A stretch of DNA of 64,000 bases from Eledone cirrhosa. Its lineage: Eukaryota. A model generated the notes under the pieces. That model was not told the origin of the DNA. It worked only from the letters and a program-made list of their open reading frames with translations, and did not search any database. Where the stretch lies: assembly GCA_964016885.1 (NCBI GenBank), contig OZ024742.1, positions 306,900,001-306,964,000 of the forward strand, in the 5' to 3' direction. Both the position numbers and the translations under genes were made by a program. This document shows, one piece after another, positions 1 through 14,434 of this stretch; the stretch's first letter is position 1, and each line of letters opens with the position of its first letter.

Positions 1-37
1 TGTTGAGAATTTCTCTCAGATTTTTAGAGAGGTGGCT

Positions 38-283
38 CAAATTGGTATCTGTCTAAAGTATAATTTGATAGGTTTTTATTTACATAAATCACTACAAATA
101 TTTAAAAGTGCGCCAACACCGCTCCGCCCTCGGCCCAGAGCCCATCACCATCCCCTTCCTCCTCCTTTTCTTTTGTGACCCCAGAGCTCTTGCCTTTTCT
201 TTCCTTTTTTCGTTTTTAAATATTTGTAGTGATTTGTGTATATAAAAACATATCAAATTATACTTTAGACAGATACAAATTTG
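38..283. repeat. Imperfect inverted repeat (~70-bp arms, 38-107 / 214-283), MITE- or foldback-like
   Basis: caaattggtatctgtctaaagtataatttgata...tacaaatatttaaaa is the near reverse complement of ttttaaatatttgtagtg...tatactttagacagatacaaatttg. The element may extend beyond the window start. Confidence 0.7.
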
Positions 284-731
284 TCCCACGTTCCTGCAGA
301 GAACTGAAAAAAAATCCGAAAATATCAATTATACTATACTGCCACAGCCACCAAATACAGTAGTTCCTCAACGCCATACTTCCATCAATACCGTTTATTA
401 AAACATTGGCTATCTTTCGCACGTACTGACCAGTTGATTAGATCAAATTACCAGAAGATATCTACAACCATTAATTTTTCAACAATACAACCAACCTTCA
501 ATCACTACAACCCGACCCGCTACATCCTTGAAAACATTCCCGATATACATATCCAAACATCAAATTTTATACATGAGAAACTTAAATAACAAACTGCATT
601 TCTCTGAAGAAGTTTAGCGAACAACCAGCTCATTTGTTGTAACATCACAGCTATGTTGTAAGAAACTGAATATATAAAATTATATGTATTATCATTATTA
701 AGTTCTACCTCTAATATCACTAGATCTGAAC

Positions 732-1983
<1,252 letters not shown>

Positions 1984-3459
1984 AGTTACATCTTTTGAAA
2001 TTTCTTAGAAGATGAATGGATACAGACGCCGAAATGTTTAGTCAAACGCTAAAATATTCGCTCAGTGACCTTCTTCGTTGAAACTATAAAGGGTAATTTA
2101 CGAAATCTGGCGTTCTCATACCATTATTTCAAGTACAACATCAACACCGATTTTCCGGCACACATCTCTTCACACTGATGCCGGATTATAAGTTTTTCCA
2201 GACTAACTAATATTTCACTTGAAACCTGATGTGAAGTCAGAAACACTCTCATGGCCCACAAGCAGATCCTGATTTAATGGGATGTAAAGAACGCAATTAC
2301 CCCGGGCCTCCAGCAGTGGAGCCCACCATCAACGGCCGTAGCAATTCATTTGTACCTTCAGCTGGGATTTTTAGTTTTAGGATGGTTAGTATTTTTGAAA
2401 TTAATACCTGTATGTATAAATTTTCAATTCCTATTACTTGCGCCGAGCTAACATTAATATGTCAAATTGGGGGATTTGCTGTGTATTTTGTTTTTTTGTG
2501 TATGAGGGGACGCCTGCTCCCCCAAACCTGAAGTGGCCCTGTGTCCCTAAGGTATAATTCCAACCCTGTCTACAACCATAATAATATGAAGGCAGAAATG
2601 TTTAAGATTATATTTAATACAAGGTGATAACCTTTTAGCTGCTCTGGAGTATCGGTTCTTGCCGGATTATATAATAATCCTCTAAAAAACTATTATGAAG
2701 TACGAACCCCACTCTTTTTCATTCAACAAAATAACATGAAGGCACACATGTTTAAATATCTAATATCACGTGGCATTCTCCTGAACTGTTATTACTTAGA
2801 CGAGCGTTTCGTGGGGAAATCAAATATAAACCCAAAATTGACAGTAGCTTATAGTTAGTGACTTGATGAATGCCTGTGTGGTGTGGTAAATAAATACATA
2901 TACACCAGGTCCAACCACAAGGGAACCAAACTCACACTGTCACTGCCTCCGCTTCTCCCCAGCTCTCACTATTCTGAGCAAATGGTGGTCTACGCGCTGG
3001 CCACCCCGCGGCCCCGGTGGATAGAATAGAGGTGTTTTCCCTGTGGATGGTGAGGAAGACACGCTGGAAGAGCCATTCCAGTTCGCAAGGCTCACACCTG
3101 CGGGTAGCCAACTCAAAATTATATCCGGTAAAAAGATGTATAAGACCATGTTGTACCCGTAATATGCATGGGGTGTTAAACCTGTGCCATACCTTCTGTT
3201 ATGATTGCATGATATTTTTCTCTTTTAATCTCTTGATTTTTGCCACGAGATATCATATACAGGTACAATTATTATTTTATTTTTACATTCAATATTATCC
3301 TTGGTTTCATTTTTAATAGAGTAATTTATTGTTGAACAGCTGTATACAATAATGAAAGTACGCTAAAAAGGATTACAATATGATACAGAAATAGAGAAAT
3401 AAGCCAAAACAGCTGATCAAATAATGAAAGAAGAGAAAGGGGTTAGAGTGGTATATAAC

Positions 3460-3680
3460 AGCTGCATCTCACGGACAAGATGTCAAAAATATTGCTGCAG
3501 AGAATAACCAGTGACACCCGCTACATCTGCCACTGAACATGACGCGGTTCCTTCGTCGGGCGAAATATATACATCCCGATTTTGCGGTGGAACACAGCAA
3601 TCCAGAACCGAAGACATAGATGGTCTCGATGACCACCGTTACGAAAGGCAGGTGATCGGTCAAGTACTGTAAATTTATTA
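3460..3680 (-). mobile_element. Degenerate 3' fragment of a CRE-like (RLE-type) non-LTR retrotransposon
   Basis: Translation TDHLPFVTVVIETIYVFGSG, followed out of frame by RVSLVI, resembles the F.PVAVET.G..G ... QR.SLA..RGN C-terminus of CRE-type elements. Homologous to the fragment at 55778-55990. Confidence 0.55.
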
Positions 3681-4086
3681 TCTTCCGATTCTCTACTACA
3701 CTGGTGTTAGTGTCCGGTTTGTGGCCGACGATATAAGATTATAAAGAACTGAAAGGAGAAATGATTATCGTTGTCGAATGTTGTAGTAACACCAATGATT
3801 CCATAATATATATATGCGATTTTCAGAGTCAGGTTCGATCATCACATCGATCGTGCCTCGAGCTGGTCGCCAGAGAAACGATTGTAATATGTCCAATAAA
3901 TTCATTCGTCGCAACACTGATTCTCTTTTTATCTGTGATATATATATATATATTTACAAATGGAAGTTTAGTCAAATCGAAGTGTTGGCGGTGGCCAATA
4001 TATATAACAGAGAAGGTGTGGTAAGATACCAGGTGGACCATAACACACCAGAGTACTCGATACATAGGGTAGTAGAGAGTGGGTAA

Positions 4087-4210
4087 TAGGAAAAGAGTCA
4101 GGACCCCGACGGCTATGCTCCGGCCATTTCGGCAGCTGGATCCGAACCGGTTCGGATCCAGCTGTCGAACCGGCCGGAGTTCAGCCGTCGGGATCCTGAC
4201 TCTTTTCCTA
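4087..4210. repeat. 124-bp GC-rich near-perfect palindrome without a loop
   Basis: taggaaaagagtcagga...cagctggatccgaacc|ggttcggatccagctg...tcctgactcttttccta, with the dyad centre at 4148/4149. Confidence 0.92.
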
Positions 4211-4770
4211 TATATATATATATCCAGGGAGTGTAACTTGGAGTTACTGTAGGTTCACCCGGGTGAGCACTCGATGTTTAGGTTCACTTCAGTGTCGAGG
4301 TGTAGAGCTATACAGAGAGTATTAAAGTTAAATAAGATAACAAGGACGATTGGTTTCTCCTTCATTACGTTTATTGGTTGGTGACGCGCGTTTCGCTACT
4401 GACCAGCTCAAGGTTCGATCTGTATCAATCTGACCTGACTCTGTAATTGGTTGGAAAATGAAATGAAGTTTCACCGCATGTTAACAACTAATCAATGTGT
4501 TGTTTATCCAGGAAGTGAGAGACAGCAACTATGTCTTTTTCTATGTCATCAGAGGCTTAAAAAAGAGAAAGATTAAAGAGTATTTAAACTGATGTCATGG
4601 TCTGCATCCTTGTCTTTGCTAAATCTATCGAATGCCAGTTGGTTGGGTTAAACCAGATGTTATGATAAAAAAGGAAGTGTATATTTAAATGAAATCATAT
4701 ATAAGCATATATCATTACAAGTACATATCTCTTTATCTATCTATCTCTAGCTATTCATCTCTCTCTCCCC

Positions 4771-4902
<132 letters not shown>

Positions 4903-5789
4903 CTTTATGTATCAATATGTATCTTTCTATTCGTCTATTCGTAGATATTTATTTGTTTGTGATATATATGTTAACTCGTGTGTTCTGTAATTCTCTTACG
5001 TTTTTACAGTGCCTAAATATTAAAGATTTGACCAAAAACAACTCATATAATTATTTCCACAATGCACCTCTCTACTATTTTGTTGTGATGAATCACATGA
5101 GAGTTTGTTTTCTTTCTTTGTGTTTTACTAAGCATGATGAAAATAGACATACACCGGACTAATCACTAACACACACACACTTCCCTAAACTACATCATAA
5201 GTATGTGCCTTTTTGTTGATGTTTATGTATCTGTGTACTAATGTTAGTGAACATATATTTATTGTATTTGCAAAGATGTAATTACGCATAGACTTAAAAG
5301 TAATAATATCTCTCTTTCTATCTCACTTTCTCTCTACTTGTCTCAATTCCCCCAATATATTCTTAATATATAGATATAAAATATATATGTACGTATCTAC
5401 ATATATGTATGTGAGAGTGTGAGCGTGTATGTGTCTGTATGTGTCTCTGTGTATGTATGTGTGTGCATTTGTGTATGTGTCTCCGTGTGCGTGACCAATC
5501 CATCCTCAAAACCTGAACATAAGAAAGATGACGGGAGCTGAGACCCAAAATGCCCTCCGCAGCCACGTAACTCAACAACAGAAAATATTACAACTAAAAC
5601 AATAACCACAACAAATATTTAAAAGTGAATAAAACAATATCAACAACATCCTCTAATAAACAACACCTAATAGCAACTCTTCAACTACACTGTTTTCTTG
5701 TTCTCTGAACTGAAAATACTGGGTTGAAGGAGGACTCAAAATCATAACACGTACAAACCTACTACCCTCACAACCAAAACAACTACAGA

Positions 5790-6110
5790 TACCTCAGGGG
5801 GAATTTACGGTATTTTCTAGAGATTACCAGTTGTATATAAATCAAAACGTGAGGTGCCTGATATCTACCAGCTACCCAACCAAAATAACATCAGAAAGCT
5901 ACGTGAAAGTTTCCACGGCCAGCTTTCTGAGTACAAACAGTAAACGGAATACGAAAATGTCCTTTGTGTACCTCTGAATAACCGATTGCACAGCTGTTTC
6001 AGATTTAAAGGAATGTACATTCCCCTATTTGTATTTTATGGATACAGAACCATACCAGCAGTATGGTGATGAACATGCTTGGCCATCAAACCGGTGAGGA
6101 AGCAGATTCA
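5790..6110 (+). mobile_element. Possible highly decayed Penelope-like 3' remnant (GIY-YIG-like segment plus degenerate hammerhead)
   Basis: VVYKSK...IRKLRESFH resembles GIY-YIG motifs. The downstream ggtgatga...caaaccggt resembles a decayed hammerhead core. Confidence 0.3.
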
Positions 6111-6849
6111 CTTGCTTAAGAATATCGTGTCACTAGATAAGGATTTGCTAGCCTTAGTTAAAACAGTCTCTATATAGTGACACAAATTGCGAGAAATATG
6201 AATCACACCTGCCACACATTACACCCTAGCCTCTTAAAAATCAAAGAAAATATTTCCAGCATATAGTTATTTAAAGAATTCAACTGAATCAAAATAAACA
6301 TGTAGCACGTCGATCTCACCCTCCTGGGAGTCATCTTGTTGTCATGAACTCTTTTCTTCGGCCTATTAACATATATTTGGATCACTCTGGGACATATGCT
6401 ATCACCCTGCCGATCACGTTCTTCTCTAGATTAACCCACTGAACTAAACACCTTGCTATGTAATACCAAATTTCACGCTCAAATAATCTTATTTACTCAT
6501 GTGGTATCTAAATACCAGATAGAGTAGTTACTGTGTTAATGATCATAGACCCTGAAAATATTTTATAATAGTAACACGATGACCAGATCTCCTTCTGAAC
6601 ATCTGAACACAATCACTATTTAAAGCTAAGTAACACAAGATAAACCCTTTCTTCGGATAAACATTAAACAAATAAAACAATTATAAACTTGTGGTGAACC
6701 TCACAATTGTTGGTGTATGATGAACCTATATTTCTAATACACATTGCCAAAACAGTATTGCTAATGTCTAACCACCTCGTTCGAGGAGAAATAATATTTA
6801 AAGTACTATTCACGTTAGAATATCGTTCATATTTCTGGAATACTGATGC

Positions 6850-7274
<425 letters not shown>

Positions 7275-7454
7275 ATACTTGGCGAGGGTCATATTTGTGT
7301 AATATTGCCAGAATTAATAATAGAACACACTCACTGTTTGGTTGGTTTTCGCTTCTCACTGTCTTTTATATCGGTAATCTAACTTACTCGGTCCTCAATG
7401 TTGCCATTGACTGACCGACGGTCAAAAATAATACAGATACAATATAGACACAAA

Positions 7455-7515
7455 CACATATATATAGTTTATCATAAATCTTTCGTTGCACATCTGCAAC
7501 ATCGTCAGTGGTGTT
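7455..7515 (-). ncRNA. Hammerhead ribozyme motif in the 3' UTR of element A
   Basis: The minus strand reads CTGACGA-T-GTTGCA-GATG-TGCAAC-GAAA-gatttatgataaac-TA. The core and 6-bp stem II are clear; stems I and III are imperfect. Confidence 0.6.
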
Positions 7516-7747
7516 ATATTTTCCTCCTGTTGTGTTGTATGTCTACGCCATTTTTATTCAGTCTGTCTATATATTTATTTATTTATTTGCTTCTTTGTTT
7601 ATTTTATTTTGTTTTCTTTGCGCATGCGTTTGCGTGTGTGTATAGTGTTATGTTTGTTGTGTGATGGGTGACTAGTGTGTGTTTATGTGCTTGTTGTTAT
7701 TGTGCTTGTGTATGTATTTATTTATTTATCTTATTTTATTTACTTAT

Positions 7748-9853
7748 TTATACTTCTCTTAGGTCAGTGTTGTTTGTTTGGGTGTTGTTGTTATTCCATT
7801 CATTCTTTCTATTTAGCTTTGGTCTTCTAATTTCTATTTCACTGGCCTCTCTGATTTGCCTATCTGCTGGGTCATTTCTATGTTTAGATATTATTCTAAT
7901 TTCTATGTTGTCTATGTTACCGTCATGTCGTTGTCTAGCATGTTCGTATAGTACTGACCCGTTTTTTCGTCCTTTTAGTTCCCCCCAGTGTTGGTCTATC
8001 CTTTCACCTATGCTACGAGCTGTCTCACCTATGTATGTTGTTGTCATGTTTCTGCAAGTACCCTCTGTACATCTTATGCTATAGACTACGTTTCTAGTTT
8101 TACAGTTTATCCGGGGGTTCACCTTACATATGATACATTTCCTATTGGTACAGTGGGTTTTCTTAAAAGGATAGGTTTTGCTGATCAGGGATTTTATGGT
8201 GGTTCCTGGCTTTTCTACCACCTTTATTTTTAAGTGGGTCTTTCTCAGGGCCTTTCTACACTGGTTAGCTAATTTCCCTCCAGGGGTAGCGTCCACAAAC
8301 ATGACACTCTGGTATCTCTGGTTGTCGTACCATGAGGTGGCTTTCCCTATCTTATGTCTAGCCCTATCTAAGCTATTCCATGATTTGCTCCTATATAATG
8401 GGCAAATTCCTTTCATGTCCAGTTCTATGAGGGTCTTATACTTTTCCATGGCTCCTTCGTATACTCTGACTCTGTCTCTTTGGTTGTAGCCAGAGAACTG
8501 CATGCGGTTGATGAAGTGTTGGATGTGTTTTTCCATTTCTGTTGGGTCGCACATGCGGGACACATTCTTCATCACTCGTACCAAATCTGCGATCAGAATA
8601 TTAAACTTAGCACTACTGGACATTGCTGAGTTTTTGAGTATCAGGTATTTGGAGGCCATGGGTTTAGCAAAGTGTGAGTGGAGAATTTGGGCTCTCTCGT
8701 CTATAGTGTTAATCCAGAGTTCTGTGTCTAATACAGGTAGTCTATTGTTAGGGTGTTTGGAAGGGAAGTCGATAGTTACAGTTATACTCTGGTGTATGGA
8801 ATTAGCTATCTGCTGGATGCTTTTCATCGTGCTACGTTCTAAATCAAACTTGTTAGTACTCTCTAGTGGGGGTGTTCTTATAACTATATTGATATCGTCT
8901 ACATAACGAGAGTACATGATGAGGTCTATGGAGCTTTCATTAAGGAGATCTTTAAGTCTCCTTTCCCACCATACCATGAAAAGGTTGGCAACATCACCAG
9001 CTATGCTGACGCCGATGGCTGCTCCCTCATTTGGGGTGTAGATTTTCTCATTGAACTTAAATATGTGGCCCTTTAGGGTAGTTTTGATACTAGCCCCTAT
9101 TGCATGTGCGACCATTTTTCTTACCTGATCATTGTTTTGGGGGGTCCGTATAGCTTTGGTCCACCCAATCCACCTTCCCATGGGAGTCTTTTTTGCCATT
9201 GAGGTTATGGTGGGGAATCTACCTCTTATAGGTCTATTAGGGCAGAAACATCTAAGGTCATGGCTGTCTAGGTAGTCACTGTCGTAGGTAAGTCTAAGTA
9301 GGAGGCCCAGTTCGCCTGTGTCGACGTCGCAGAACTCCACCTCACTCTCAATGATCATCTCCACACATTTTTTCACAGCAAAATCAATGTTAATGGATGG
9401 GTACAGTGACACTACATCCATGCTGCCTATTATGCAGTTGGATAGGCTCCTGTTTTTGTTGCACTCACTGATTCTGCTGAGGAGGGCCTCTGTACTGTCA
9501 CATACATCTGGGGACATCTTGATTATGGGGCGTATAACAATTGAGAGGAAGTAGGAGATCCTGTAGTTGCTAGCTATATTAGCTCCGCATACGGATCTTG
9601 TTGGTGGTCCTGTTGTCGGGTCGTCGACTGTCTTGTGGTCTTTGCGGAGCCCATACAAGGGTGGTATGCCATTGTTAGACGCCTGGAAGTTGTTGGCAGT
9701 GCGTCTGCTTGGCTTTAGGATGTCAGTCCACATCATCATGTGAGTGTTGAGGATTTTTTCTCTCCCATCGTGTGTTTGTTGTGCAATTTCGCTCGTGTTG
9801 GTGATGTGGGGTTGCATAGCCTCGATGTAGTTCGGCATGCTATCTATTGACAT
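7748..9853 (-). CDS. Penelope-like reverse transcriptase + GIY-YIG endonuclease (N-terminally truncated)
   Basis: 701-aa ORF with LYGLRKDHK, SMDVVSLYPSI, GAAIG, YSRYVDD, LPVLD, a Cys linker (CTNRKCIIC) and NVVYSIRC...YIGETARSIGERIDQH...REASEI...LN. Confidence 0.92.
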   Translation of the reverse strand: MSIDSMPNYIEAMQPHITNTSEIAQQTHDGREKILNTHMMMWTDILKPSRRTANNFQASNNGIPPLYGLRKDHKTVDDPTTGPPTRSVCGANIASNYRISYFLSIVIRPIIKMSPDVCDSTEALLSRISECNKNRSLSNCIIGSMDVVSLYPSINIDFAVKKCVEMIIESEVEFCDVDTGELGLLLRLTYDSDYLDSHDLRCFCPNRPIRGRFPTITSMAKKTPMGRWIGWTKAIRTPQNNDQVRKMVAHAIGASIKTTLKGHIFKFNEKIYTPNEGAAIGVSIAGDVANLFMVWWERRLKDLLNESSIDLIMYSRYVDDINIVIRTPPLESTNKFDLERSTMKSIQQIANSIHQSITVTIDFPSKHPNNRLPVLDTELWINTIDERAQILHSHFAKPMASKYLILKNSAMSSSAKFNILIADLVRVMKNVSRMCDPTEMEKHIQHFINRMQFSGYNQRDRVRVYEGAMEKYKTLIELDMKGICPLYRSKSWNSLDRARHKIGKATSWYDNQRYQSVMFVDATPGGKLANQCRKALRKTHLKIKVVEKPGTTIKSLISKTYPFKKTHCTNRKCIICKVNPRINCKTRNVVYSIRCTEGTCRNMTTTYIGETARSIGERIDQHWGELKGRKNGSVLYEHARQRHDGNIDNIEIRIISKHRNDPADRQIREASEIEIRRPKLNRKNEWNNNNTQTNNTDLREV

Positions 9854-10049
9854 CCTACCAGACTTATCCGCATGGCAACATTGAGGACCGAGTAAGTTAG
9901 ATTACCGATATAAAAGACAGCGAGAAGCGAAAACCAATGAAACAGTGAGTGTGTTCTGTTATTAATTCTGGCAATATTGCACAAATATGACCCTCCCCAA
10001 GTATAACAATATTTGTTTCGACACACGATTTCATATAAAAACCTCGCAA

Positions 10050-10091
<42 letters not shown>

Positions 10092-10429
10092 GCACAGAGA
10101 AACACTCAGACCCGTGCTCAAATCAAGAGAAGTATTTAACACATTTAGCAACATAATCTTGGATGCACTGCCTGAAATAAAGAAAGTCTGGTCACAGTGG
10201 GGAATGTCTTTGATCATATGAGGTTTGCTCATTCTGAGCTCCACTACAACATCAGTACTTCCATTTTCAGTTCAGCGTACTTCTCCATTGAGAGAGTTAA
10301 TTATCTTGACTAACGACAGAGAATAGCATCTGTGATAAGACAGACAGCAAAATAGTTTTCTTGAAAAATTACTATAAATTTTAAATACACACGGGCACAC
10401 ACCGCATTACAAAATAGTAAACTTGATTG

Positions 10430-10780
10430 AAAACTTTACACTCTACCACAAAACCTTCTCTAGATTTCTGTCGCTTCCTCAACCAATAAATGGCTTCTAC
10501 TCCTCTGGAGTAGCAAATTCTATTTTTTCTGGCTCTTGGTTCAACCGATATACTATTCCTTTCGCTTCAAATTATTTCTCTGCTTTGTATGCGTCTCTAA
10601 AATCTACACAGAAGACTTTCTCCATCCTTGCTATTCAGATCCGGGAGCATATGTTACTCCACTCCTATTATTGCTATATCTGTGGGAGTTTCAAGCGTAG
10701 CCCTATCGGCATTCGCAGTCCAAACATCCTTTTAAGATTAATAATAATTGTAAGAACATGGGTTGTTTTCTCCTAAATGA
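10430..10780 (-). mobile_element. Possible decayed LINE (CR1/L2-like) 3' fragment
   Basis: Weak, stop-interrupted resemblance to CR1-type ORF2 C-termini. Not verifiable by eye. Confidence 0.25.
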
Positions 10781-12191
10781 AAATGAAGGTGAAACCTTGA
10801 GGATGTTTAATACACATTCCAATACACAAACACCGAAATATATTTTTCATCCCCATAAACTAAACCTTGGGGAAAGTATTTCAATTGAGATTTGATAAAT
10901 TTGTTGATGCTAGGAATAGTTACTTATCATAATTCAAAAATATTTGCAAAAATAAATCTGATTTTTATGCACCACATTTTGGAGACAAGCTTCAAATTTC
11001 CTTAAATTTTTATTCACTTTTCCTAAAATCTGTACTTTTTTATTTGCTTATTCATTAAACTTAAGAAATATTGATTTTGACTCTACATGTAAACATCTTG
11101 CGATGACGAATATGATATTCATATTTTAAACTGTATTCAAAATGTTTTTTCTGCTGAAATTTATGATTTGCTGAATAAATATTTCACTAGGACCCATCTA
11201 GATATATCTTCAAATACAACATATATATTTTTGTCTTTTTAACATATGATTCGTCAAGTATTTTCCTTTTTATATACTTTCTGCAATGAAAATTTCATGA
11301 CTAAGTCACCAGAAGATATGTATTTCTCTCCACCTAGATATTTCTATTTAAAACAGTGACGATCGTTTTTTCCGAAAATGAAAAGCGTTTTGGAGGTAGT
11401 TTTAACAATCTCTTGGATAATTCCTGTCCAGCATTAGAATATGAACATACATTTTGCAGGAGGGTACATTGATCGCAGTGTTTGGCTAGTAGTTATGTTA
11501 TCAGCCTCGGTGGAATGAAAAACAAATTTGAATTGAACTCAGAGCGTAAGGGGTTTTCAATATTGCTGCATCTCTTTTCATAGCGCACTTTTAACAAGAT
11601 ACAAGGGAGATGAATCAAATAAAACGTTGCATACCTTTTGAATAATGGGTCTGTGAGTATAGATTTACTGAAAAGAAGATATTTGAATGTCCTGGTGGCA
11701 TATTTAATTTATCATCTTGTCAGGAATACGTTTCAGAACTTTTATAACTCAGAGATGGAAAATGTTGAACAAGAGATATCACAGAAGTGCATCTATACAT
11801 CGCATTGTCGAATACGACATGATACCTATAAATATGCAAATAGAATTTCATTACCTTTAAACTTTGGTTGTAATCTTATTACAATACCGTCTTTTAACAT
11901 TATACGAAGTTTCGCTATGCTTCTAATCACTTTCAACAAGTGTAATCAAAAGCATCCATTTCCAAGTGAGAGATTCTATTGGCGGAAGAGTGATGTTCTG
12001 CTGGAGGAATGTACATTGTCTCCATTTGAAAGATTATATGTAAAGAACACAGCTAGATGTTTTCAAAACAAACAAAAAAATCATTGCCGCACATCTTTGC
12101 TATCATTACGTAAATCGATAAACACACAAATATGTGCCAGCTAACATAAATACATAAATCCACATGTGCCCACATACACATGCACACACAC

Positions 12192-12225
<34 letters not shown>

Positions 12226-12238
12226 GTGTGTGCGTGTT

Positions 12239-12294
<56 letters not shown>

Positions 12295-12310
12295 GTATAT
12301 AGATCTATAT

Positions 12311-12373
<63 letters not shown>

Positions 12374-12924
12374 AGAGAGAGAGAGATGTATATACACACA
12401 CAAATTTATTCATACTTATGTGCATGTTTGCATACATACACACCGGTACATACATTTACTAGTGCAGTCAGTTCATATGTGTGAAAACCGAATACATTTT
12501 AAAGATTTTTCAGATGGCAATTATCAGATTTAGCAAGTCCAATGTGGAATGAATTTTTACAAAAGATAATTTATTACTCATTTACTGATCAGCTCTTTTC
12601 ATATTGAAAAGTGTCAAGTTAATATAAATAAAAACAACTTTGTAAGCATTGAAATTATGAAGCAAAATCGAATAGTAATCTTCACATATATGCAAAGAAC
12701 TGATACATGCTTCGCTAGATGTGGATATGTGAGGTATAAGAATAGACCAATGAATGAGAGCATGGTTAGAAGCATGATTCCAACAGAATCATTTAGAATA
12801 TGTCTGCTGATTCAGTAACTTCCTAAATTGCTATGTTTATATCTTCTGTTGTTGATCTTGTAATTCTTTGCTGTTTCACTCCCTCCCCTTCTCTTTCTTT
12901 TCCTTCTTATTCTCCTTCACCCAC

Positions 12925-13160
12925 TTAATCCTGAGAAGGTCGTGGGAGCAAAGCCCTCAAACACACCCTCCAGTGGGTCCTATCAGAAGCAACCGTCTCC
13001 AACTGGTCCGGCTGGATTCCAAAACGAGACCAAGTTCATGGACATCATCCAACCATCTTGCTCGCGGTCTACCCCTGGGTCTCCTGCTTGATGGTTTTAC
13101 CCAAGAATCTGTCTAGCACTACTTTCCTGAGACATTCTAACCACATGTCCATAGTATCGA
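12925..13160 (-). mobile_element. RTE-clade LINE 3' fragment
   Basis: The minus strand encodes RYYGHVVRM, then after a frameshift RRPRGRPRARWLDDV, the typical RTE C-terminal motifs. Confidence 0.75.
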
Positions 13161-13518
13161 TGAAATACTTAGGAATCAATGCTCAGGCAAATTTAATCAA
13201 CAAACCTTTTTCCAGAGGTTTATGGCATTCTAAATAAAAATAAAACATGTTCTTTTAATAGACGGGTTAAAGCGGCGAGATTTTCCCTGGAATTACCCTA
13301 ACGACCAGTCCCCATTTATTGGAGAGCCGCTCCTGGTTGACGTTTTTAACTAGTTATTTCTTCATATATTCTTATATGGCATTAGAAAAATTATTGTTTA
13401 TAGTCTCACGTTTTATTTCCCAACCACACTGTTTCCTCCTAATCTCTTTGTAAGTATTTTCTCTCTATTACATGCTATAAAACAAACATACACACATACA
13501 TACACATACATACACACG

Positions 13519-13550
<32 letters not shown>

Positions 13551-13609
13551 CTTACATATATATATATATATATATATGTGTATGTATATATGTATATATG
13601 TATATATTA

Positions 13610-13920
13610 TGGTCAGGTCACCAGTTGGTGCTACTGGTAACATGTATCCCAGTACAACCTGTCTCATGGTCGGGTTGTTGGCGACTAAACTGGCAACCCC
13701 ACCAAGGTTTCTTGGTGAGGAGGGTGACTTTGGACATCCTGCAGGACTAAAAATAAAACCTGTCAAAGGGCAAAGGAGCTCTTAAGAGTCAATGGCCATC
13801 CAAAATCACCGGGAGAGATGACCCCTTAGCCTTTGTCAAGGCAGAATTCTAGGAGAAGGAAAACTCTGATATAACACCTGCAACCCTGATGGTATCCAAT
13901 GATGTTGACTTGTTCTTCTT
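13610..13920 (+). mobile_element. Interspersed repeat resembling an RTE-type 5' UTR or non-autonomous derivative
   Basis: GC-richer block inserted after a TA tract, with ggcgactaaactggcaacccc and ctaggagaaggaaaactctga motifs that I recall from RTE-related elements. Confidence 0.4.
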
Positions 13921-14216
13921 TTTGGTAAATATAATCTTGGTTAAGAGAGTGGGACTGGCTTTGTGCAGTGCCTTTGCTCACTATAAAAGCTTCACGGCAC
14001 AGGCATTGCTTTGTATCTGGAGATCTCTCTGCACTTGTCATCACATGGTACCATGGGCCCAGCACTATGTGTCGAAATTGTCACAAGTGTTGTGTTTGTA
14101 CCAGAGTTTTCAAGTCGCTGGCTGGACTAAAAAGTCACACTTGTTCAGCGCATCGGTAGGGGTTCTCCTACATGGATATAAACTAGTGGCCGTACTCGAA
14201 AACGAGTTGGCAGCCA

Positions 14217-14306
<90 letters not shown>

Positions 14307-14382
14307 CTGTGTGAGTGTGTGTATGTATCCATATATACACTCACACACACACGCGCATGCACACACACACACACACACACAC

Positions 14383-14434
<52 letters not shown>

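Larger units (their letters stand above)
7271..10051 (-). mobile_element. Penelope-like element A, 5'-truncated, with inverted pseudo-LTR, inserted in (TA)n
   Basis: RT + GIY-YIG ORF, inverted repeat 7271-7407 / 9872-10008, and TA runs immediately outside both ends. Confidence 0.92.

Noticed and set aside
4375-4556. Hammerhead-like pieces on the minus strand (CTGATGA ... GAAACGCGCGTC)
   Set aside because: The two core halves are ~150 nt apart and stem I does not pair. At best a decayed PLE remnant.
7668-9554. Plus-strand ORFs over element A (likewise over the other RT ORFs)
   Set aside because: Antisense shadows of the minus-strand retroelement ORFs.
11638-12144. 168-aa ORF
   Set aside because: No recognisable motif and a non-ATG start. 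Possibly very old LINE debris.
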